Shown in pieces: positions 17,632 through 23,487 of a DNA stretch of 24,349 bases (position 1 is its first letter; the number at the start of each line of letters is the position of its first letter). The position numbers were made by a program, and so were the translations under genes. The stretch comes from an uncultured Phycisphaeraceae bacterium (GTDB taxonomy: Bacteria; Planctomycetota; Phycisphaerae; Phycisphaerales; UBA1924): positions 1 through 24,349 of the forward strand of contig CAYZFW010000002.1 of the NCBI GenBank assembly GCA_964477615.1, written 5' to 3'. Below the pieces are notes generated by a model. It was not told where the DNA came from, searched no databases, and saw only the letters and a list, made by a program, of their open reading frames with translations.

Positions 17632-18780
17632 TCACCAACCCCGAACACTCCGGTACGCGCACCCGCACAGCTTGTACAGCACCCTCGCCCCCACGTTCGC
17701 GTCCCATTCGTTGCTTTCATCGGGCGACGGGCACACCTCGTTGAGGTCGAAGCCCACCACACGCCGCCCGCTCCGCGCCAGCGTTTCCAGCAGCAGCCCC
17801 GCGTGATTGAACGTCAGCCCGCCCGGCACCGGCGTCCCTGTGTGCGGGCACAGCGCCGGGTCCAGCCCGTCGATATCGAACGACACGTACACAAGCCGCG
17901 GCAGCGCCGCCACGATCTGCTGGCACGTCGCCTCCCACGCCTCACCCCGCGACTGCCGCTTGAACAGGTCGAGATCAAAGTGCGTCACCACCCGCGTGCT
18001 CGGTCCGCTGTGCGCCGGATGATCGGTGATCCACGAGTCATTCGGGTTCACCGGGCTCGACTGCGCCGGCGCCGGCTCCGCGGCCACGCGCAGCTCTCCC
18101 TCCCCGAAGTCCCGGATCCCCACCTGCACCAGCCGGCGCACGTTCGGGATCCGCCGCAGCACGTTGAACATGATCGACGCGTGCGACCACGTGAAGCCCT
18201 CGAAGGCGTCCCGCAGGTCCATGTGCGCATCGATGTGCAGGACCCCCAAAGGCTCGCCCGACGCGAGCGCCTTCTCGGCGCATGCCCGGATCGCCCCGAA
18301 CGGCGTCGAATGATCCCCGCCCACCAGCCCGGGCACACGCCCCGATTCCAGCACCCGCTTGAAGCGGTCGTACACCACCCCGTTCATCCACTCGCTCGCC
18401 TCGTCGACCTTTTTCAAGATCGCCCGGTCGGCGGCGTCGTCCAAATCAGCGCCGCCCTTGGCGATGATCGGCTCGGCCAGCGCCCGTGCCTCACGGCTCC
18501 TCGTCAGCATCGATTCGTCGATGTCCTGCATATGGAGCCCGAACTCGTAGACACGCCCGAACTGCAGATCGAACAGGTCCACCTGCGCCGAGCCCGCCAG
18601 GATCGCCTCCGGCCCTGCCGAAGCCCCGCCACCGTACGACGTCGTCGCGTCAAATGGCGCCGGCACCAGCACGCACCCCGCCTGCTCGAAGGTGTGCGGC
18701 AATCCGAAGATGCCCGTCCCGGGCTGCGCCGCCGCGTCGGGGTCGAAGGAAGCCGGCTCGTTCGAAGGGTGCTGGGCCAT
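17632..18780 (-). CDS. Agmatinase / ureohydrolase (arginase family)
   Basis: Mn-binding GGDHS, DAHMD, SFDIDGLDP; TGTP; FDLNEV. ATG 18780. The substrate (agmatine or another guanidino compound) cannot be fixed from motifs, so no gene symbol is given. 382 aa. Confidence 0.92.
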   Translation of the reverse strand: MAQHPSNEPASFDPDAAAQPGTGIFGLPHTFEQAGCVLVPAPFDATTSYGGGASAGPEAILAGSAQVDLFDLQFGRVYEFGLHMQDIDESMLTRSREARALAEPIIAKGGADLDDAADRAILKKVDEASEWMNGVVYDRFKRVLESGRVPGLVGGDHSTPFGAIRACAEKALASGEPLGVLHIDAHMDLRDAFEGFTWSHASIMFNVLRRIPNVRRLVQVGIRDFGEGELRVAAEPAPAQSSPVNPNDSWITDHPAHSGPSTRVVTHFDLDLFKRQSRGEAWEATCQQIVAALPRLVYVSFDIDGLDPALCPHTGTPVPGGLTFNHAGLLLETLARSGRRVVGFDLNEVCPSPDESNEWDANVGARVLYKLCGCAYRSVRGW

Positions 18781-18786
18781 GCGGTG

Positions 18787-18792
18787 ATCGTA
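18787..18792 (-). promoter_or_regulatory. -10-like hexamer TACGAT 6 nt upstream of the agmatinase ATG (leaderless-type)
   Basis: Minus strand reads TACGAT-CACCGC-ATG; no Shine-Dalgarno visible. Confidence 0.4.
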
Positions 18793-18918
18793 CGCGCGCT
18801 CACGCCACTTCTCGGACGTTTCCAAGCCCAAGCGCGCGGGCCGTAGGGCCGGGAACCACCGCGCAACCCAGAAAAATCATGCTTCACGGCCCTGCTTCGT
18901 GGCCCGAGTGTCGATGAC

Positions 18919-19995
18919 ATGCGAATCTGTTCTCGGCCCCGGCGTTCTCGGGTGTGGTGCCCGGACGCTCTCGTTTCCGCCCTTCCAGGGATGCCCCGCG
19001 TGCCCTCAGGCCGTTCCAACCCCGGCGCCAGCGTCACCGCGGCGGGCTGCCCCCCGGCGCTGCTCCATGCCCTCCACGCCGCGCTCGCCCAGCGCCCTGG
19101 CTGGTCGATGCGCGTCGCCGACACCTGGAACGACGCCGCGTCGAGCCCCGCCCCGGACATCGCCGTGTGGCACGCGGCGCTGGGCCTCGAAGCCCTCGCG
19201 GGGGCGAGCGCCGAGAACCCTGAAACCTGCTTTCTCTATGTCGCGCGCGCCGGCGACGAATCGACCATCGCCGATGCCGTGGAGCACGGCGCCACCGACG
19301 CCGTCACCGAACCGCACCTCATCGCCGCCGCCGGCGCTGTGCTGGAGAAGTGCCGCGTCCAACTCGAACACCGCCGCGCCCAGCGCCGTTTGGTCATCGA
19401 TCTCCGCACCACCGCGGCCCAGCTCAAGGCCCGCAGTGACCGCCTCGAAAGCGAGATGAGCCGCCTCGAAGCGATGGCCTGGACCGACCCGCTCACCGGC
19501 CTCGCCAACCGCCGCCAACTCAACCAGCGCGTCCCGCAACTTTTCGCCGAGGCCGTCCGCTACCAGAAAGACCTCGCCTGCCTGATGATCGACCTCGACC
19601 ACTTCAAGGAAGTCAACGATCACCTCGGCCACGCCAAAGGCGACGACCTCCTCTGCGCCGCTGCAAGGCTCATCACCTCCGGCCTCCGCACCAGCGACAT
19701 CGCCGTCCGCTACGGCGGCGACGAGTTCGTCGTCCTCATGCCCCAGACCCCCGCGAAGATCGCCGCCCAGGTGGCCCGGCGCATCGTCGACGGTTTCGCC
19801 GCCGCCGTGCGTTCGCTCACCCCCACCGAAGGCTGCGGCATGTCGGTGGGCATCTCCTGTCTGAAAACCAGCGGCCCCATTGACGGCGACGACCTCATCG
19901 CCCAGGCCGATTCGGCCTTGCTCGCGGCCAAGAAGTCCGGCAAAGGGCGCATCATGATCTGGGCCGCCGACGGCCGGCACGCGGAGATCGCATAG
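18919..19995 (+). CDS. Diguanylate cyclase: degenerate receiver domain + coiled coil + GGDEF
   Basis: TDPLTGLANRR, MIDLDHFKEVND, intact RYGGDEF and I-site RTSD. The true start may be downstream (e.g. MPRVP...). Confidence 0.92.
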   Translation: MRICSRPRRSRVWCPDALVSALPGMPRVPSGRSNPGASVTAAGCPPALLHALHAALAQRPGWSMRVADTWNDAASSPAPDIAVWHAALGLEALAGASAENPETCFLYVARAGDESTIADAVEHGATDAVTEPHLIAAAGAVLEKCRVQLEHRRAQRRLVIDLRTTAAQLKARSDRLESEMSRLEAMAWTDPLTGLANRRQLNQRVPQLFAEAVRYQKDLACLMIDLDHFKEVNDHLGHAKGDDLLCAAARLITSGLRTSDIAVRYGGDEFVVLMPQTPAKIAAQVARRIVDGFAAAVRSLTPTEGCGMSVGISCLKTSGPIDGDDLIAQADSALLAAKKSGKGRIMIWAADGRHAEIA

Positions 19996-20027
19996 CGATC
20001 ACCCTTGATGCCTCGATGCCTTCCCCC

Positions 20028-20066
20028 AAAAACGAACCCGCCCACCTCATCGGCGGGCGGCGGTTC
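20028..20066 (-). terminator. Intrinsic terminator of tRNA-Ala (possibly bidirectional with the GGDEF gene)
   Basis: Minus strand CCGCCCGCC-GATGA-GGTGGGCGG (9 bp with one G.U) followed by GTTCGTTTTT. Confidence 0.75.
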
Positions 20067-20073
20067 CTGAAAG

Positions 20074-20146
20074 TGGAGCTGATCGGGATCGAACCGACAA
20101 CCTCATCCATGCCATGGATGCGCTCTCCCAATTGAGCTACAGCCCC
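20074..20146 (-). tRNA. tRNA-Ala(GGC), CCA not encoded
   Basis: GGGGCTGTAGCTCAATTGGGAGAGCGCATCCATGGCATGGATGAGGTTGTCGGTTCGATCCCGATCAGCTCCA: cloverleaf, anticodon GGC, G3:U70 Ala determinant, GTTCGAT T-loop. The discriminator is followed by CTT. Confidence 0.97.
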
Positions 20147-20196
20147 GACACAATGTCTTTCGACCACCCGCCCACGCGGGTTTGGTCGAGCCGAGA

Positions 20197-20225
20197 AGGG
20201 TAGCGGAAACTCCGCCTGCGATCAA
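20197..20225 (-). promoter_or_regulatory. Putative sigma70-type promoter of tRNA-Ala
   Basis: Minus strand TTGATC-N17-TACCCT about 50 nt upstream of the tRNA. Confidence 0.45.
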
Positions 20226-20267
20226 GTCATCGCGGTTCCGGTTCGGCTTGAGTTCGGGTTTGGTGCC

Positions 20268-20358
20268 GGGGTTCGGGTTTCGGGGTTCAGGGTTCGGCCT
20301 ACGAGGGGAGCCACTCCAAGTCCGAACCCCGAGCCCCGACACCCGAACCCCGAACCCC
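20268..20358. repeat. Inverted pair of heptamer tandem arrays (GGGGTTC)4 ... (GAACCCC)5
   Basis: Left arm ggggttc gggtttc ggggttc agggttc gg (20268-97); 24-nt centre; right arm cc gaacccc gagcccc gacaccc gaacccc gaacccc (20322-58). Confidence 0.9.
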
Positions 20359-20395
20359 CCACACACGCCCCCGCTTCCGCGATACTCCCCCCCCG

Positions 20396-21061
20396 ATGCC
20401 CACGACGCACCCGCAGTTTCCCAATCTGGTGGTCTTCGATCACCCGCTGATCCAGCACAAACTCTCGCTGATGCGCCAGCGCTCCACCAGCGACCGCGCC
20501 TTCCGCGCCCTGCTCATCCAGATCGCAGGCCTTATGACTTTCGAGGTCACGCGGAGTTTCCCCGTCGAGCGCATGCCCATCGAGACCCCGCTGGAAAAGA
20601 TGAGCGGCACACGCGTCAGCGGCAAGGTCACCATCTGCCCCGTGCTCCGCGCGGGTCTTTCGATGGCCGAGGGAATCCTCGAACTCATCCCCGAGGCCCG
20701 CGTCGGGCACCTGGGGATGTTCCGAGATGAGAAGACCCTTCAGCCCGTGCAATACCTGCTGCGACTCCCGAAAGACCTCGACGCCGGCCCAGTCATCTTG
20801 GTCGATCCGATGCTCGCCACCGGCGGCTCGGCGTCCGCCGCCATCCGCATGCTCCACGAGCACGGCGCCAGGGACGTCCGCATGATCTGCCTCGTCGCAG
20901 CCCCCGAGGGCGTCCGTCGCATGCACACCGACCACCCGAACCTAAAGATCTACGCCGCGGCCCTCGACCGTGAACTGAACGCCAGCGGCTTCATCCTCCC
21001 CGGACTTGGGGACGCGGGAGATCGACTCTACGGGACAGGTGAGCAAAGGGCCGACACGTAG
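20396..21061 (+). CDS. upp: Uracil phosphoribosyltransferase
   Basis: HPLIQHKLSLMR, PVLRAGL, ARVGHLG, PRPP loop ILVDPMLATGGSA, ILPGLGDAGDRLYGT. 221 aa. Confidence 0.97.
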   Translation: MPTTHPQFPNLVVFDHPLIQHKLSLMRQRSTSDRAFRALLIQIAGLMTFEVTRSFPVERMPIETPLEKMSGTRVSGKVTICPVLRAGLSMAEGILELIPEARVGHLGMFRDEKTLQPVQYLLRLPKDLDAGPVILVDPMLATGGSASAAIRMLHEHGARDVRMICLVAAPEGVRRMHTDHPNLKIYAAALDRELNASGFILPGLGDAGDRLYGTGEQRADT

Positions 21062-21186
21062 CCGCACGATTCTCGCAGTTTTTCTGGGCTGTTGCGGCTG
21101 GTTTTTCAGTGAAGCCGGGGGATTCCATTACCCCAACCGGGTGGATATCCATGCCTGAGCATCATGGGCGATCAAGGAGCAGAGAC

Positions 21187-21333
21187 GTGAAGACGAAATC
21201 CAAGAACCCTGTGGTGGTGCTCACGAAGCCGAGCGGGGAGACCCCTCCAGGCCGTGACGCCGGGGATTCTCTGGGTGTCGGGACGCCGGTGGCTCGACGC
21301 CCGGATTACGAATCGCAGCAGCCGCACACATGA
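21187..21333 (+). CDS. Candidate 48-aa small protein
   Basis: AAGGAG (21174-79) lies 7 nt before GTG 21187. Product MKTKSKNPVVVLTKPSGETPPGRDAGDSLGVGTPVARRPDYESQQPHT; no recognisable domain. Confidence 0.35.
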   Translation: MKTKSKNPVVVLTKPSGETPPGRDAGDSLGVGTPVARRPDYESQQPHT

Positions 21334-21688
21334 ATGTCGGTCGGCGAGGGCGCGTGCGTCCACGGCGTAGTGTTCCATTCCGCGCGGTAATGCGCTCGCC
21401 GGGCGACCTCGGCGGTGCAGGGGCGGCGTGAGTTGGATTCTGCACTTCACCGCATGCCTGAAAAAGATCGCCGGCCGCGCGCGACGGATGAGGGCAGCGA
21501 CACGGTACCAGATCGTGTGTGCTTCCCCGTCGAGCGGGTGCTGGCGGATGGGCTGACGACACTTGGGATGCGGGGTTTGAGTCGGATGTGAGCGCGGGCA
21601 CGGCGCAACCATCTCCGATCCTCTCGTCGCTGCTCACCGCTCCCTGCTTCGGGCATGACGCAGTACCCGTCGAGAACGAATCCGATCT

Positions 21689-21779
21689 CCACCCGCGAAG
21701 CGGGTGGGTCATGTTTGCCAGCGGCGCAGCCGCTGGTACCGTGGTGTCAGACCGACCCGCCCATGAACTGGGAGGGCGA
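21689..21779 (+). repeat. Three-hairpin REP-like unit, copy 1 (upstream of tnpA)
   Basis: A: CCACCCGC-GAA-GCGGGTGG (21689-707). B: CCAGCGGC-GCA-GCCGCTGG within 21710-37. C: CCCGCCCAT-GAA-CTGGGAGGG-CGA (21756-79, two mismatches). Confidence 0.85.
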
Positions 21780-21794
21780 GATCCCATCCCAGCC

Positions 21795-22256
21795 ATGCCC
21801 TCCTCCTACACCCAGTCCTACTTCCACCTGGTCTTCGGCACGCTCCGCCGCGAGCCGCTGATCACCGACCAACTCCACGACCGTCTCTACACTTTCCTCG
21901 CGGGCATCGTGCGCGACCTCGGCGAAGGGCACTCCGGCCACCTCATCGCGGGCAATGGTCTCGCCGATCACGCACACCTCCTCGCGCGCTGCCCGCCGGA
22001 CGTCTCGCTCGCCGTGCTCGCCCGAGAGGTCAAGTCCCGCTCGTCGAAGTGGATTCACGAGACATTCCCCGAGCTCAACCACTTTGCATGGCAACGCGGA
22101 TACGGCGGCTTCACGGTCAGCCGCTCCGAAGTCAACACCGTCGAGCGGTACATCCGCAATCAAGCCGAGCACCATCGCACCATGACCTTTCAGGACGAGT
22201 TCCGGCTGATGCTCGAGAAGCACGGCGTGGACTTTGATCCGAGATACTTGGAGTAA
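21795..22256 (+). CDS. tnpA: IS200/IS605-family Y1 HUH transposase (TnpA / RAYT-like)
   Basis: YFHLVFGT, HUH motif DHAHLL, WQRGYGGFTVS, catalytic Tyr in ERYIRNQAEHH. ATG 21795; the ORF-track start 21519 runs through the hairpin repeats. 153 aa. Confidence 0.92.
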   Translation: MPSSYTQSYFHLVFGTLRREPLITDQLHDRLYTFLAGIVRDLGEGHSGHLIAGNGLADHAHLLARCPPDVSLAVLAREVKSRSSKWIHETFPELNHFAWQRGYGGFTVSRSEVNTVERYIRNQAEHHRTMTFQDEFRLMLEKHGVDFDPRYLE

Positions 22257-22275
22257 GCTCGGCCAAGTGTCAGGT

Positions 22276-22323
22276 GGAGACCGCGTCTGGTAGGGAAGCC
22301 GTCTGGTGGAGAAGCCGTCAGAT
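22276..22323 (+). repeat. Three imperfect tandem 16-mers downstream of the tnpA stop
   Basis: ggagaccgcgtctggt / agggaagccgtctggt / ggagaagccgtcagat, then ggaga. Confidence 0.7.
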
Positions 22324-22366
22324 GGAGAGATCACCGGGTGTCCGGATTCAACCGGCGCCGCGAATC

Positions 22367-22458
22367 GTGCCCGCAAAGCGGGTACCCGATGGTTGCCAGA
22401 CGCGCAGCGTCTGGTGGACACCAGTATGCACCACCCCGCCCATGAAATGGGCGGGCGA
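22367..22458 (+). repeat. Three-hairpin REP-like unit, copy 2
   Basis: A: GTGCCCGC-AAA-GCGGGTAC (22367-85). B: CCAGACGC-GCA-GCGTCTGG within 22388-415. C: CCCGCCCAT-GAA-ATGGGCGGG-CGA (22435-58). Confidence 0.9.
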
Positions 22459-22490
22459 ATCGCACCGCTTCGGCTCTCTTGAACAAGCCT

Positions 22491-22599
22491 TCGCTCGCCC
22501 ATTTCATGGGCGAGGGGCATCAGGACACCGGCGAGAACCCAATGGCCCAGTACCAGACGCTGCGCGTCTGGCAACCATCACAGGCCCGCTTCGCGGGCC
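22491..22599 (-). repeat. Three-hairpin REP-like unit, copy 3 (inverted; forms a doublet with copy 2)
   Basis: On the minus strand, A: GGCCCGC-GAA-GCGGGCC (22583-99). B: 22552-79 is the exact 28-bp reverse complement of 22388-415. C: CTCGCCCAT-GAA-ATGGGCGAG-CGA (22491-514). Confidence 0.9.
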
Positions 22600-22656
22600 G
22601 GTCACGGTGAGCTACGGACCGCGATGCGACGGCGTTGGGCTACGATGACATCGGCG

Positions 22657-23487
22657 ATGATCACACTGCGTACCCAGAAGCAACTGCGTCAGTGCCAGAG
22701 CATCGATTTCTGCTGCCTTTGCGGAAGACCGTTGGCGTCAGGCGAACCGCTGAACCGACACCACATTCCACCCGAGGCCATCTTCCGAAAAGAAGACCGA
22801 GAGCCATTGGTACTGCCGGTACACAAATCTTGTAATGACGCAGAATCGACTCGGGACGAACCGATCTCGCAACTGATTCGGGCACTTCGTGGCGAGTTTC
22901 CTGCGGACAAGAACAAGAAACTTCGGGGTGCGTCACTTCGGGCCGTTGACGGCGGCGATGTCGATGCGATGGTGTTCCCAGAGGCCAAGCGAACAATCTT
23001 TCGATGGGTCAAGTGCTTCCACGCCGCGATGTATCGGCAGTATCTCGACAACCCTCGCGGCAAGGTCTTTCTGCCCATCGTCGAAGGAACCTCGGTTGCC
23101 GGCTTCGCAACCGCTGATCCACCCCACCGTGTACGCATCGCGCTGACCGCCATCATTTCTCGTCACATGAGGCTCGAAGAATGTGACTCGATTGTGTGCA
23201 ACAAAGGAAACTGCGAGTATCACTGCATCTGGAAGACATTCTCGGGTGGCCGTTCGCTATGCATCTTCGCCCTGCGTGTCTATGACTGGGAGCGGCTGAC
23301 TGATCCTCGATTCGAACCTCACGGCTGCGTTGGTTTCTACGAATTTCCAGCGCCACACGGCGCTTCGTACTCTGAATGGGAAGAGGTTGACCCCAACTTC
23401 AACTCATTGGACCCTTTCGCCGCGCTGAATATCCAACCAGTCACACCCCCAGCATCAACCGAGCCGGGTCCTCAATCCCCTCCTTGA
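22657..23487 (+). CDS. Hypothetical protein with N-terminal HNH-like (Zn-knuckle, beta-beta-alpha-Me) nuclease signature
   Basis: FCCLCG...[11 protein letters not shown]...[13 protein letters not shown] is clearly lower than the flanks (30/60 at 22801-60 and 28/60 at 23161-220, versus 45/60 at 9061-120 or 16921-80). Start could be 22624, 22645 or 22657. Confidence 0.65.
   Translation: MITLRTQKQLRQCQSIDFCCLCGRPLASGEPLNRHHIPPEAIFRKEDREPLVLPVHKSCNDAESTRDEPISQLIRALRGEFPADKNKKLRGASLRAVDGGDVDAMVFPEAKRTIFRWVKCFHAAMYRQYLDNPRGKVFLPIVEGTSVAGFATADPPHRVRIALTAIISRHMRLEECDSIVCNKGNCEYHCIWKTFSGGRSLCIFALRVYDWERLTDPRFEPHGCVGFYEFPAPHGASYSEWEEVDPNFNSLDPFAALNIQPVTPPASTEPGPQSPP

Larger units (their letters stand above)
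21689..22599 (+). mobile_element. IS200-like / REPtron-like locus: Y1 HUH tnpA bracketed by three-hairpin repeat units; no tnpB
   Basis: tnpA plus three copies of the A-B-C hairpin unit listed separately. The exact element ends cannot be determined. Confidence 0.7.

Noticed and set aside
20074-20146. tRNA-Ala as an integration site for the accessory patch
   Set aside because: No integrase and no duplicated tRNA 3' end in the window. The tRNA 3' side faces the GGDEF gene, not the patch.
20182-20730. ORFs reading through the heptamer repeat (GFGFRGSGFG / PNPEPRNPNP)
   Set aside because: The periodic peptides are a by-product of the DNA repeat, and the ORFs overlap upp or the tRNA.
21060-21108. 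Possible terminator after upp (AGCCGCA...TGCGGCT then GGTTTTT)
   Set aside because: The 26-nt poorly paired loop and interrupted U-tract make it too weak to call.
21500-21660. Possible fourth, decayed hairpin unit (CCCGT-CGA-GCGGG at 21526-38; GCAACCATC near 21604-12)
   Set aside because: The fragments are short, not in the A-B-C order or spacing, and could arise by chance in GC-rich DNA.
22276-22599. Possible CRISPR array or mini-array next to a nuclease
   Set aside because: The repeats are either spacerless tandem 16-mers or inverted units, not direct repeats with unique spacers. No cas genes are present.
11577-23487. Methyltransferase + HNH protein as a restriction-modification pair
   Set aside because: They are 10 kb apart and separated by housekeeping genes; nothing links them.
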